Part shown: positions 1 to 9,814 of the stretch, piece by piece
How positions within the stretch are numbered: position 1 is the stretch's first letter
Layout: each line of letters begins with the position of its first letter
Assembly (NCBI GenBank): GCA_048538235.1
Contig: JBLYPX010000001.1
Location: 8,013-72,012, forward strand
Length of the DNA: 64,000 nt
DNA from: Candidatus Komeilibacteria bacterium
GTDB taxonomy: Bacteria; Patescibacteriota; Patescibacteriia; UBA1558
Direction: 5' to 3'
The notes under the pieces: generated by a model
Seen by the model: only the letters and a program-made list of their open reading frames with translations
What the model was told of the DNA's origin: nothing
Database searches by the model: none
Translations under genes and position numbers: made by a program

Positions 1-987
1 ATGGTCTCTAAGGATTCGCCCTTACGAAACTTTTTCAATACATCATTACTTGAGGTTTCGACACCAATCAGGATTCTTTCGAATCCTGCTCGCTTCATAA
101 GAAGAGCGATTTCTATATCAAGGTCGTTTGAGCGACAAAACCCCATAAGATGTAGATCGTTCAATCCGCGGTTTATAATCTCGTTACAGATATCAGAAAC
201 GTGTTGCCTCCCACGCTTTCCTGGCCCAAATAGATTAGGATCGTTGAATTTAAAGGTTCTGATATTGTATTCTCGCACGATAAATTCAATCTCATCTACT
301 ACATCGGTTGGATTTCTGCCACGCCAGCTCGATCCCGAAGAGACTGTTTCAAACGCTTGATTGCTGCAGAAAGTACATACGCCATAGCAACCCCTACTAG
401 CAAGTATGGTTGCGTAACCCGCTTTATCAAAGCAGGTTGGGAGCAGACTACGGTCTGGCCAGGGTAGTTGATTTAGATCTGCTTTAGTCGCAGGTGGGTT
501 GATAAGGATTCTGCCATCTTTTCTGTAGGCGATGCCGGGAATGTTTCTCCATTCTCTGCCATTGGAAATGGCTTTGACAAGAGCAGAAAAAGTTAGTTCT
601 CCGTCACCTAACACAATTGAATCTATCTCGGGGACCTTTTCAAGTATGTGCTTGGCGCTTAAAGTTGCGGTAAAGCCACCACAACATATGTGAGACTTGA
701 TACCTCTCTTGCGAACTTCTGCTACTAGAAGGTTGGTTGATGGAAGGGCTCTTTGTAGAACAGATATGCCAATTATGTTTGTGGGTGTAGCGTTAATCTT
801 GTCCACGGTTTCTTCCAGGGTTAGTGCCAAAATATCAGCATCTAATATCTCAGATGTTTGACCATTTTTGTTGAGAGCTGCTTTAAGATACATTAATCCC
901 ATAGGCTCTTTAGGGTTGTAATCAGGCATTCTACCTGATTGGTATACTGGCGGTAAAACCAATAGGGCGTCAAGTATAGATGACATA
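1..987 (-). CDS. B12-binding domain radical SAM protein (C-terminus beyond window edge)
   Basis: Minus-strand frame reads MSSILDALLVLPPVYQ...ASRGCYGVCTFCSNQ (CxxxCxxC radical SAM motif) after an N-terminal B12-binding-like segment. It has no stop inside the window, so it is absent from the ORF track; the plus ORF 1..360 is its antisense. Confidence 0.55.
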
Positions 988-1195
988 ATTACTCCAATCT
1001 CTATTTCTAGTTAAATGTCTGTCTTGGTTTTATAGTTTATTAGGTTGTCAATGAATTGTTAATAAATTAAATTATCATATATTAGGCACTTCGTCAATGC
1101 AGTTCTAATACTCTCTACTAAGGGACCCCACAAAGCCATCTACTTTTGTAGGCGGTTTTTTGTTATAATTAATTTATTATTATTAAAATAAAAAT

Positions 1196-1408
1196 ATGAG
1201 TTTACAAAATGTACTGTATTTATTAAATATAGTTTTAGCAGTTGGTACAATTTATGCTTGGTACCAATTTTATAAAGTAGTGGCAAATAAGTGCGACACT
1301 TGCTCAATTGACTTACATCAGAATCCATTTAAGTCTAAATGTTTTATGGGAGCTTTATTTTTTAGCTTATCCTTCCTATTAGCTATTTGGGCATTGTTGG
1401 TTGTGTAA
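1196..1408 (+). CDS. small membrane protein, hypothetical
   Basis: 70 aa with two hydrophobic segments; followed by hairpin plus T-run terminator at ~1425..1455 (aaaccattc-tgtata-gaatggttt). Confidence 0.4.
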   Translation: MSLQNVLYLLNIVLAVGTIYAWYQFYKVVANKCDTCSIDLHQNPFKSKCFMGALFFSLSFLLAIWALLVV

Positions 1409-1473
1409 TAAGAAATATATAAATAAAAAAACCATTCTGTATAGAATGGTTTTTTGTATTAACTGGGTAAATA

Positions 1474-2088
1474 TTATTTAGTATAAATTTTGTTTTTTAT
1501 GCTTAACAAGGATAAAGCTCCTAAGAAAGTAGCTGTGCCTATAATTATAAACACCAAGTTAAAGCCAAACTGTTCAGCTAAAATACCACCTATTGCAGCT
1601 GTAGCCGCCATACCTATACCCAGTAGCACATCATAAAGGCTCCATTCAAAGGCTGCTTTTTCTTTATCGATATGTTTAGTAAAGATAGAATACCAGCCAG
1701 GAAAAGCTAGGGCATTAGCAAGGCCCATAAATATTTGTAATATGTATAGTTCCCAAACAGATCCGATAAATATGAAAGCAAAAAAGACTGCAGAGGCTAA
1801 GATTGTACCACTGATTGCAGTATATAGATCATCTTTTTCTGATTTAGATCTATCAATATAGGCGCCAACAGGAATTTCAAATATTGATTTACTAATTAGA
1901 TAGATAGCTGAAGCTAGTCCAACGGTCTCTATAGAGCTTTGATTAATCCTATCCGTGATAAATAGGGCAAAGATAGGTGCTAAGAATTGATAGGACGACC
2001 AAATTAAGAAGTCTGAAAAAATTAACATTTTGATAACAAAATTTACTTTATAATTTTTTACAGATCTAATAATACCTTTATAATACAT
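1474..2088 (-). CDS. MFS-type transporter-like membrane protein (half-size, ~6 TM)
   Basis: 204 aa, multiple TM helices with MFS-like loop motifs (GxxxDRxxxK-like, GLANALAFPGW). It is only half the length of a canonical 12-TM MFS transporter. Confidence 0.45.
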   Translation of the reverse strand: MYYKGIIRSVKNYKVNFVIKMLIFSDFLIWSSYQFLAPIFALFITDRINQSSIETVGLASAIYLISKSIFEIPVGAYIDRSKSEKDDLYTAISGTILASAVFFAFIFIGSVWELYILQIFMGLANALAFPGWYSIFTKHIDKEKAAFEWSLYDVLLGIGMAATAAIGGILAEQFGFNLVFIIIGTATFLGALSLLSIKNKIYTK

Positions 2089-2194
2089 TGTTGTTTTGTA
2101 ATGTTATTAATTATGTATATTATATCATTTTGGCATAATTCCTCATATATTTGTTTTTTGGTATAATAGTTATGTAATTATTTAGTTTAAAATT

Positions 2195-2368
2195 ATGTCA
2201 GATTCAAAAAAACAAAACGGATTAGCCGCTGGTGGCGGCGTTCTAGTAGGTTTGGGAGTTGGTTTCTTTTTACTTAATACCAGCCCTCTTTATTTCCTAG
2301 GCTCTATTTTAGTAGGACTTGGACTAGGACTCATGATAGAATCATTTATTGCAAAAATTGGAAAATAA
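2195..2368 (+). CDS. small glycine-zipper membrane protein (57 aa)
   Basis: MSDSKKQNGLAAGGGVLVGLGVGFF...; preceded by extended -10 promoter (tggTATAAT at 2160..2168). Below the ORF-track size cutoff. Confidence 0.35.
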   Translation: MSDSKKQNGLAAGGGVLVGLGVGFFLLNTSPLYFLGSILVGLGLGLMIESFIAKIGK

Positions 2369-2369
2369 T

Positions 2370-2579
2370 ATGAACAAAGTAGAAAAACTATTTAAACTAA
2401 GTTGGAAGAGGTTGGTTTTAATAATTATTGCCTGGATTGTAGCTGTTGTTCTACACAATCTATTAAGTGCAGCCATAGGAACAGAAGAAGCCTTTTTCTT
2501 CATAATAGCTATTTTTGTACTACCTATTTATTTAATAATAGCTGCTGTCTATTCTTTGGTTGCTTTTATTAAAAAATAG
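2370..2579 (+). CDS. small membrane protein, hypothetical
   Basis: Hydrophobic 69 aa from the ATG immediately after the upstream stop; the ORF-track start 2349 overlaps the previous ORF. Confidence 0.3.
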   Translation: MNKVEKLFKLSWKRLVLIIIAWIVAVVLHNLLSAAIGTEEAFFFIIAIFVLPIYLIIAAVYSLVAFIKK

Positions 2580-2612
2580 CTACTTATTTACAAAAGATTA
2601 GATATTAGTATA

Positions 2613-3002
2613 ATGTTTTTATCTATGGAAAATAGTAAACACAATATAATAGTATATTTATTACTAACAGGACTTATTGTCTCTTCTGTTTTAGGTTGTG
2701 TTTTCTTTGCGCAGAACATGATGATGACAGATCATCACGGGGATAGTATTGCTAAGTGTTGCGAGGGAGGTATTTTAGCAGATATAGCTAGTCATAGACC
2801 AGCCTCAATTTTAGTAAATATTAGTCTCAGTATATTTTTATTTGCTTTAGCTATTACTTCAATAATTAAACAGAATATATTCACTGATGAAGGTTTGTAT
2901 AAAACATATATAAGAGTGAAAGAAAGAAGTGGGGGTTTTAATTATTTTAATAATTACATTTTACTATTTAGTAAAGGTATTCTACATACAAAAGTTTATT
3001 AA
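2613..3002 (+). CDS. membrane protein with MMMTDHHGD / CCEGG motif (possible metal ligand residues)
   Basis: 129 aa, 2 TM segments, Met/His/Cys cluster; lies immediately upstream of the copper-handling cluster. Confidence 0.3.
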   Translation: MFLSMENSKHNIIVYLLLTGLIVSSVLGCVFFAQNMMMTDHHGDSIAKCCEGGILADIASHRPASILVNISLSIFLFALAITSIIKQNIFTDEGLYKTYIRVKERSGGFNYFNNYILLFSKGILHTKVY

Positions 3003-3077
3003 TTCCGTATAGATCCTACGTATAATATTTAATATTCAGTAGGATTTTTTAATTATTAAAAAATTAAAATTAACTAT

Positions 3078-3830
3078 ATGGAAGAAAAAAAGAAAAAAAT
3101 ACCTCGTTCTAAGATATCTTTTGGTTTAGGAATTCTTAGTGGTGTGGGTATTATGTTCATGATTGGATTTTTTGTCTTACTAGCTATGTTCCTTAGTGGG
3201 AATAATAGTCTGGGCACTGGTAATAAGGTTGCAGGAAATAATATACCGAGTGTTAATAGTGGTCAGGCGCCCACAAAAGACATTACAGTAAGTCCGGTCA
3301 GTAAAGAAGATTGGATGAGAGGAGATAAAAAGGCACCAATTAGTATTATTGAATTCTCAGACACTGAATGTCCTTTCTGTAAGAGATTTCATACAACTAT
3401 GCAACAAATAGTTGAAGAATATGACGGAGAGGTAAATTGGATTTATCGTCATTTTCCTTTGACGTCATTGCATTCAAAAGCAGCACGTGAGGCAGAAGCA
3501 ACAGAATGTGCTGGAGAATTAGCCGGTAATGATGGTTTTTGGAAATACATAGATAGATTATTTGCTGTAACACCGTCTAATAATGGGCTTAGTGATAGTG
3601 AGCTATACAATATTGCAGATTATGTTGGTTTAAACAGTTCTGACTTTAGAACTTGTTTAGAATCTGGCAAGTATGCAAGTAAAGTTAGAGATCATGCGAA
3701 TCAAGCGCAAGCAGCTGGTGGATCAGGTACGCCCTACAGCATAATAATAGCTGGAGATAAACAAGCGCCATTGTCTGGAGCCTTGCCAATAGAACAGCTC
3801 AGAACAATAATAGATTCTTTACTACAATAA
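3078..3830 (+). CDS. DsbA-family thiol:disulfide oxidoreductase (thioredoxin fold, CPFC active site), membrane anchored
   Basis: N-terminal TM segment, SDTECPFCKRFH active-site motif, DsbA-like length. Confidence 0.7.
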   Translation: MEEKKKKIPRSKISFGLGILSGVGIMFMIGFFVLLAMFLSGNNSLGTGNKVAGNNIPSVNSGQAPTKDITVSPVSKEDWMRGDKKAPISIIEFSDTECPFCKRFHTTMQQIVEEYDGEVNWIYRHFPLTSLHSKAAREAEATECAGELAGNDGFWKYIDRLFAVTPSNNGLSDSELYNIADYVGLNSSDFRTCLESGKYASKVRDHANQAQAAGGSGTPYSIIIAGDKQAPLSGALPIEQLRTIIDSLLQ

Positions 3831-3831
3831 T

Positions 3832-4290
3832 ATGGGAATAAATAAATATTATTGGCTAGCTTTAATACCTGTAGTTGCTTTTGTTATTGGTTTCACTATT
3901 TTGCCAGACGAAATTAGTACTAACGGTAAAAAGGTAACAGTGTATAAATCTCCTACATGCGGTTGTTGTGTTAACTACATTTCGATTCTTAAACAAGCTG
4001 GTTATGAGGTTGAGACAGTTAAGACAGAAAATATGGCAGCTATCAAAGATAAGTATGGAATTAGTGAAGATATGGAAAGTTGTCATACTTCTGTATTTGA
4101 AGATTATGTAGTAGAAGGACACGTGCCTTTGTCTGTAGTAGATAAATTACTAACAGAAAAACCAGATATTAGAGGTATAGCCTTGCCAGACATGCCAGCT
4201 GGATCTCCTGGTATGGCTGGATTTAAAAGAGAACCATTTAAAATATATGCTTTGTCAGATAATGACACTAGTATATACATTGAAGAATAA
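3832..4290 (+). CDS. DUF411 family periplasmic metal-binding protein (CopG-like in some nomenclatures)
   Basis: Signal/TM segment then TCGCC motif and conserved Met/His residues typical of DUF411 proteins found in copper-resistance loci. Confidence 0.55.
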   Translation: MGINKYYWLALIPVVAFVIGFTILPDEISTNGKKVTVYKSPTCGCCVNYISILKQAGYEVETVKTENMAAIKDKYGISEDMESCHTSVFEDYVVEGHVPLSVVDKLLTEKPDIRGIALPDMPAGSPGMAGFKREPFKIYALSDNDTSIYIEE

Positions 4291-4304
4291 TTAAATAATA
4301 AAAT

Positions 4305-4835
4305 ATGGAAAAAGATAAAGATAGTATAAAATTGTTAAACATTGTTGGAATTGTATTAATTGTAACAATATTGTTTAGCGGACCATTATTTGTTCTTGGT
4401 TTAAGCATGTTCCATTTCTCACCAAGTTATCATATGGGTATGATGCACGGTGGTTATAGTGATGAGCATGACCATCATTCAATGATGTCTATGGAAGATA
4501 GTCGTTTAGCATACATTGAACACGGAGATGCTATTTCTGACGAACTAAGAGATGAAGGTAATTATGAGTGTTGTTTATTAAATCCTTGTACTTACTGTAT
4601 TGAAAAGACACCTGGTCATGGCGAAGGAGCAAGTTGCCACTGTTTAGATGACATAATGAATGGAGAACATCCTTGTGGTGAGTGTATGGGCGAGATATTA
4701 GAAGGTCATGGTAATAAACATGCGGCTATGTATTTTGCCTCGGCTATAGCAGATGAATTAGGGGTTGAATATTTAGACATGCTTAAGGAGATTATTGCTA
4801 AGAAATATAACATTTCTGTAGACGAACAATTCTAA
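4305..4835 (+). CDS. His/Met/Cys-rich putative metal (copper)-binding protein, membrane anchored
   Basis: TM anchor then [47 protein letters not shown] motifs. Confidence 0.45.
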   Translation: MEKDKDSIKLLNIVGIVLIVTILFSGPLFVLGLSMFHFSPSYHMGMMHGGYSDEHDHHSMMSMEDSRLAYIEHGDAISDELRDEGNYECCLLNPCTYCIEKTPGHGEGASCHCLDDIMNGEHPCGECMGEILEGHGNKHAAMYFASAIADELGVEYLDMLKEIIAKKYNISVDEQF

Positions 4836-4900
4836 AATTCTTTGGACTTTACGGGGTTTTGTTGTACCATAGAGGTATAATCTATTTTAGTTTTAATCAT

Positions 4901-7066
4901 ATGGATAAGAGAATAAGCTTAAGTATAAAAGGGATGAGCTGTGCTAGTTGTGTGAATCACATTGAGACAGATTTGAATAAACTAGCAGGTGTTAAAAGTG
5001 TTAGTGTAAATCTTGTGTTAGAGCAAGCAGTGGTAGTTTTTAATGACGCTAAACTTTCTCAAGAAGATATCATTAATACAGTGGCTCAGTCTGGTTACCA
5101 AGCGGAAGAAATAAAAGACAGTCATTCATCTGGTCACTACGATCATTCAATGCATGTAGCTGGTGAGGCAGACAAGACAGTGTCAAAAAGGTTAAAGAGA
5201 GTAATTGGGGCAGGGGTTTTAACCCTTGCTATACTTGCTCTATCTTTTGTGTTTCAAATTGTGAACGGCCACTTATTGATGTTTGTTTTATCTGTTGGAG
5301 TTATATATTTTGGTTGGGAGTTTTTTAAGGTTGGTATTCCATCATTATTACGAGGCCGTCCAGACATGGACACTTTAGTTTCTTTGGGAGTAACAGCTTC
5401 ATTTCTTTATTCAACATATTCAATATTCTTTACAGATTTAAAGCAAGAGTATTTTATGGATGTTGGTATTATTATTACCTTTATTTTACTAGGTAGGTAT
5501 TTAGAAGCTAGGGCTAAAGGAAAAGCATCAGAGGCTATTAAAAAGCTATTACAATTAGCCGCTAAAGTTGCTCATAAAATAATTGGTTCTAATAAAACAC
5601 AAGACGTGGATATTGATCAAATAAAAGTAGGAGATAAGTTATTAGTAAAGCCGGGTGAGAAAATTCCAGTTGATGGTGTTGTTATTGAGGGTAACGCAGT
5701 AGTTGATGAGTCAATGATTACGGGTGAAAGCATCCCTGTAGACAAAGCAATTGGGGATGAGGTAACAGGCGCTACTTTAAATGGCAACACAGCATTCTCA
5801 ATGGAAGTGAGTAAGGTAGGAGATAATACTGTTTTGTCACGAATTATTAAAATGGTACAAGAGGCACAGGTTTCTAAAGCGCCAATACAAAAATTAGTAG
5901 ATAAGGTTTCTAGTTATTTTGTTTGGGGAGTTATATTAATTGCTTTAATAACCTTTATTATTTGGTTTTCAATAATTGGTGAACTTTCTGGACCTTTAAT
6001 ATATATGGTTACAGTTTTAATTATAGCTTGTCCTTGTGCTTTGGGTCTGGCCACACCAATATCTATTGTTGTTGGCTCTGGTCAAGGAGCCGAGAGTGGG
6101 ATACTTGTAAAAAACTCAGCAGCTTTAGAGAAAATACATAAAATAACAACCGTGGTGTTAGATAAAACAGGTACGCTAACAAAAGGACGTCCAGAAGTAG
6201 TGGATATTTTTGGAGACGAAGATGTGTTAGAGATTGCTTATGCTATTGAATTAAATTCTGAGCATCCTTTAGCCCACGCTGTAATTCAAAAAGGTGAACA
6301 AGAAAAGACTAAAGAAGAAGAGGTGAGTGATTTTAAAGCTATTTCTGGTAGAGGAATAAAAGCAAGGGTTAGAGGTGTGAATTATCTACTTGGTAATAGT
6401 GTTTTATTGGAAGATAACAATATTATTATATCCAAAGAAGATAAAGATAAGGTTGAAAGTGTGGAGTCAAAAGGCAATACAGTATTATTGTTGGCAGATG
6501 ATAAAAAATATAAAGGGTATATATCTGTGGCAGATACTGTAAAAGAAAGTTCACAATCAGCAATTAAACAGTTAAAGAAAAAAGGCATTCAAACTATTAT
6601 GTTAACTGGAGACAACGAAGCAACTGCAAAAGCAATTGCTAAGAGCGTTGGTATAGATAAGGTTTTTGCAAAGTTATTACCAGAAGATAAGGTTAATAAA
6701 ATAAAAGAACTACAAAGCAAAGGTCAGTTTGTAGCTATGATTGGTGATGGTATAAATGATGCTCCAGCTTTAGCCCAAGCAGATGTTGGTATTGCTTTAG
6801 GAACAGGTACTGATGTAGCGGTTGAAGCAGGCGAAGTAGTGCTAGTTAAAGGTGATCTAATGAAGGCAGTTCAGGCTATTAAATTATCTGAAGCTACATT
6901 AAAGAATATAAAACAAAACCTATTTTGGGCTTTTATATACAATACAATTGGTATACCCATAGCTGCTCTTGGTCTTTTAAACCCAGCAATTAGTGCTGGA
7001 GCTATGGCATTTAGTAGTGTATCTGTTGTATTGAACGCATTAAGATTAAAACTCTTAAAGCTTTAG
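4901..7066 (+). CDS. copA: copper-translocating P-type ATPase
   Basis: N-terminal HMA domain [15 protein letters not shown] transmembrane motif ([10 protein letters not shown]), DKTGTLT phosphorylation site, GDGINDAP hinge. Start chosen at MDKRISL just before the HMA domain. Confidence 0.9.
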   Translation: MDKRISLSIKGMSCASCVNHIETDLNKLAGVKSVSVNLVLEQAVVVFNDAKLSQEDIINTVAQSGYQAEEIKDSHSSGHYDHSMHVAGEADKTVSKRLKRVIGAGVLTLAILALSFVFQIVNGHLLMFVLSVGVIYFGWEFFKVGIPSLLRGRPDMDTLVSLGVTASFLYSTYSIFFTDLKQEYFMDVGIIITFILLGRYLEARAKGKASEAIKKLLQLAAKVAHKIIGSNKTQDVDIDQIKVGDKLLVKPGEKIPVDGVVIEGNAVVDESMITGESIPVDKAIGDEVTGATLNGNTAFSMEVSKVGDNTVLSRIIKMVQEAQVSKAPIQKLVDKVSSYFVWGVILIALITFIIWFSIIGELSGPLIYMVTVLIIACPCALGLATPISIVVGSGQGAESGILVKNSAALEKIHKITTVVLDKTGTLTKGRPEVVDIFGDEDVLEIAYAIELNSEHPLAHAVIQKGEQEKTKEEEVSDFKAISGRGIKARVRGVNYLLGNSVLLEDNNIIISKEDKDKVESVESKGNTVLLLADDKKYKGYISVADTVKESSQSAIKQLKKKGIQTIMLTGDNEATAKAIAKSVGIDKVFAKLLPEDKVNKIKELQSKGQFVAMIGDGINDAPALAQADVGIALGTGTDVAVEAGEVVLVKGDLMKAVQAIKLSEATLKNIKQNLFWAFIYNTIGIPIAALGLLNPAISAGAMAFSSVSVVLNALRLKLLKL

Positions 7067-7127
7067 GGGATTGATTATATTTCAATAATAGGTTAATATA
7101 CAGGAAAATTCATAACCAAGATATATT

Positions 7128-7292
7128 ATGGCAAAAAGAGCAACTGGTGTTGGGAAGATGAAAAGATCTACTTCTCATAAAACCGCAAAAAGACTTGAAA
7201 TAAAGAAAGCTATGCTTGAAGAGAAAGGTAAAAAGACAAAGCATAAAAAACAAAGAAGAAAAGTCGCAAAGAAAAACAATACTAAGGTATAA
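7128..7292 (+). CDS. small highly basic protein (54 aa), hypothetical
   Basis: MAKRATGVGKMKRSTSHKTAKRLEIKKAMLEEKGKKTKHKKQRRKVAKKNNTKV; immediately followed by rho-independent terminator (aagaggacgat-ggtt-atcgtcctctt + T-run) at 7293..7326. No clear SD. Confidence 0.3.
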   Translation: MAKRATGVGKMKRSTSHKTAKRLEIKKAMLEEKGKKTKHKKQRRKVAKKNNTKV

Positions 7293-7326
7293 GAAAAGAG
7301 GACGATGGTTATCGTCCTCTTTTGTT
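7293..7326 (+). terminator. rho-independent terminator hairpin
   Basis: Perfect 11 bp stem aagaggacgat/atcgtcctctt with 4 nt loop followed by TTTTGTTTGTT. Confidence 0.6.
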
Positions 7327-7332
7327 TGTTGC

Positions 7333-8430
7333 TTAAGCTGCAAGTTTGTTTTTGATCAGGGTAAGATATTCTTGCGCTTTATCCCAACCATGGGCGTGAA
7401 TACCGGTTGAACCCTTGGTTGTTTTTTCTTTCTCGAAAAGGGATTCCAAGTCGAGTTTGTTCTGGGGGTCAACTTCTTCCCAATTAATATTGATTACGCG
7501 TTTACGCCAACCAATAGTGAATGTACCGTATTCAGTCTGAACTTTATACCAGGGTGCACAGTATTCACATCGACAGTATTGATTTGGTATTGAATCAATT
7601 TGAAGGCTTGTGAACCCGGCAGCTGTGAATATATCAGTGAATTTTTCACCATATTCAAGTTCCAGCCGCTTTTCGTTACATTCATGATGATACAGGGTCC
7701 AGATATCAAAGTAGCACTCATCTCCTTCTTTGACTACATAGTCGTTTGAGATACCGTCACTTCTTCTAAGCCAGCCACTTTCATTCACTACAATATCTTT
7801 TTCCCAGTCTTGTTCCGGGTTGGGATATTTTGGTGAATTGTCGATGTAGGCATCGCTGCGGATGACCAGATCGCCACCAATGCGATAAACAGCATCTTTG
7901 ATCTCTGAAAAGTGAGCTTGGACCTCTGCCAGTGTTTTACCGACATAGTTTGTCATTGAAATTACTGTACTGTCTCGATACATAATAACATCAAAACAGC
8001 TTTCAATTGTCCACCCTGTGCCACAGTGTGGGCAGACAAGATCTTCTGGTGGAATATCACTACTACCTTGCCACCCCGTCATAGACGAGCGGCTCTTTGG
8101 CCAGTGCTCAGCACAATACTCAGCAAATTCCTTCCTGGTAAGGACATCTGGAATATTAGGCATGATAGTTTTGAGATCTAAGTCGCCCTTCATGAAGTTT
8201 CCGCAAGTGTCTAAATTCCACTTACCAAGAACGATAAATTCATTCAGTCGTTCTTTGCGCTGGTAGTAAGCTTCATGGCGGGCTTGCTCAAGAATGTTTA
8301 GCTTATTAAGGCTTGTGACGTGCTGAGCGATACCTTCCTTGGTGTCATACCAAGGTCTTCCTTCACTGTCATAATCAGGACTTTCGCCCATTGAGAATGT
8401 GTGGCTGGATTGTTGTACTATTACTCCCAT
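7333..8430 (-). CDS. hypothetical protein with two CxxC pairs (CPHCGTGW, CRCEYCAPW); visibly higher GC than neighbours
   Basis: 365 aa continuous ORF; codon usage noticeably richer in G/C than flanking genes; no recognisable family. Confidence 0.5.
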   Translation of the reverse strand: MGVIVQQSSHTFSMGESPDYDSEGRPWYDTKEGIAQHVTSLNKLNILEQARHEAYYQRKERLNEFIVLGKWNLDTCGNFMKGDLDLKTIMPNIPDVLTRKEFAEYCAEHWPKSRSSMTGWQGSSDIPPEDLVCPHCGTGWTIESCFDVIMYRDSTVISMTNYVGKTLAEVQAHFSEIKDAVYRIGGDLVIRSDAYIDNSPKYPNPEQDWEKDIVVNESGWLRRSDGISNDYVVKEGDECYFDIWTLYHHECNEKRLELEYGEKFTDIFTAAGFTSLQIDSIPNQYCRCEYCAPWYKVQTEYGTFTIGWRKRVININWEEVDPQNKLDLESLFEKEKTTKGSTGIHAHGWDKAQEYLTLIKNKLAA

Positions 8431-8496
8431 AACTCCTCCTTATTTAATATATTCTGTTGTTAATTTGCAGCTTGTTATTTAATCATGTATTACCCT

Positions 8497-8524
8497 TGAA
8501 GTCAAGCTCAGTTACTGCTAAAAT
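8497..8524 (+). promoter_or_regulatory. sigma70-like promoter (TTGAAG -17- TAAAAT) for SET-domain gene
   Basis: -35 TTGAAG 8496..8501, 17 nt spacer, -10 TAAAAT 8519..8524, ATG at 8535. Confidence 0.4.
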
Positions 8525-8534
8525 ATATACGCTT

Positions 8535-8906
8535 ATGATTATTCCAACAAACAAAATATATATTGGTAAATCTTCTGTTGGTGGCAGGGGTGTTTTTGCG
8601 GCTGTAGATATTAAAAAAGATGAGCTAATTGAAACAGCTCCATATATTGTCATTGGAGATAATGACGCTAGTGGTGAATTATTACATTATGAATTTGGTC
8701 ATGAAGAAGGAAAGAATCTGTTTTGTTTGGGTTATGGCAGTATGTATAATCATTCTAAGAAAGCAAATATTGAGTACAGGTATTCAAGTAATAAATTAAA
8801 AGACTGTTTAGATTTTGTAGCTCTAAGAGATATTAAAAAAGATGAGGAGTTGTTTATTAGCTATGGAGATGAATGGTGGAATACTAGGAGCAAGAAAGAA
8901 TTATAG
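8535..8906 (+). CDS. SET domain protein (putative protein lysine methyltransferase)
   Basis: GRGVFAAVDIKKDE, YNHSKKANIEY (NHSxxxN-like) and ELFISYGDEWW (ELxxxYG) motifs characteristic of SET domains; ~123 aa. Confidence 0.6.
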   Translation: MIIPTNKIYIGKSSVGGRGVFAAVDIKKDELIETAPYIVIGDNDASGELLHYEFGHEEGKNLFCLGYGSMYNHSKKANIEYRYSSNKLKDCLDFVALRDIKKDEELFISYGDEWWNTRSKKEL

Positions 8907-8946
8907 AGCTTGACTAATAAATACATTTTGCTACAATACGCACACT

Positions 8947-9267
8947 ATGGAAGAAACAATTACAAAAGAAGATCAATTATTTGCTACAGATTATGTAGAA
9001 AGTAAAGAGATGGCAGAAACTACTAAGGAAAAATTAGTAGAATTTTTAAGCTTAGAAAATTTAACAGATTGGAATAATTTACCACAAGAGAGTAAATCCA
9101 AGTTTTATGATTTTATTAGAGAGGCATATGCCCAAGGTAATATTCATGTGGCCTGGGAAGAGTTTAATGAGGTGGTTAGTAAGAGTGGTAGTTTAACAGA
9201 AGAGATTATTAAGGAGTATTATGGTAAGTATCAAAAGGGCATGGAATTGTTGCTTTTATCTATTTAG
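8947..9267 (+). CDS. hypothetical acidic protein
   Basis: 106 aa ORF, no recognisable motif. Confidence 0.35.
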   Translation: MEETITKEDQLFATDYVESKEMAETTKEKLVEFLSLENLTDWNNLPQESKSKFYDFIREAYAQGNIHVAWEEFNEVVSKSGSLTEEIIKEYYGKYQKGMELLLLSI

Positions 9268-9352
9268 TTAATATAATAGTATATGTTTATATAATCGCCA
9301 GTTTGGCGGTTTTTTGATACAATTAATATATTAATAATTATATATTTTTACT

Positions 9353-9814
9353 ATGTTAAAACACATTATTTCTATTGCCATATGTTTGGGAGCTGGTTTT
9401 GTGGGCTCATTCTTTAATAGTCCTGCTATAGATGGTTGGTATGCGGGTATTGATAAACCATTTTTTAATCCACCAAATTGGATATTTGCACCAGTCTGGA
9501 CAATACTATTCATATTAATGGGTATAGCCGCTGCAATTATTTGGAATAAAGGATTAGAAAGCGATGCGGTTAAAATCGCTTTGATGGTTTTTATCTTTCA
9601 TTTGGTTTTAAATATATTATGGTCAATGTTTTTCTTTGGCATGCAAAATCCTGGTCTAGCATTTATTGAAATTGTTGTTTTGTGGTTAATGATTATATTA
9701 GTTATGTATTTGTTTTACCAACTTGATCATAGGGCTGCATATTTACTCATACCATATATTTTATGGGTATCATTTGCGGCTGTATTAAATTATAGTATTT
9801 GGCAGTTAAATTAA
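9353..9814 (+). CDS. tspO: TspO/MBR family (tryptophan-rich sensory protein)
   Basis: 5 TM, conserved FNPPNWIFAPVWTILF and LLIPYILWVSFAAVLNYSIW motifs. Confidence 0.8.
   Translation: MLKHIISIAICLGAGFVGSFFNSPAIDGWYAGIDKPFFNPPNWIFAPVWTILFILMGIAAAIIWNKGLESDAVKIALMVFIFHLVLNILWSMFFFGMQNPGLAFIEIVVLWLMIILVMYLFYQLDHRAAYLLIPYILWVSFAAVLNYSIWQLN

Noticed and set aside
1-360. Plus-strand 119-aa ORF at window start
   Set aside because: It is antisense to a much better minus-strand radical SAM frame (CxxxCxxC motif). Its composition is low-complexity (S/L/R-rich), typical of antisense frames.
4842-4881. Promoter for copA
   Set aside because: A good -10 (TATAAT 4876..4881) exists but no -35 at acceptable spacing (TTGGAC 28 nt away, TTGTAC 7 nt away), so it is not reported as a feature.
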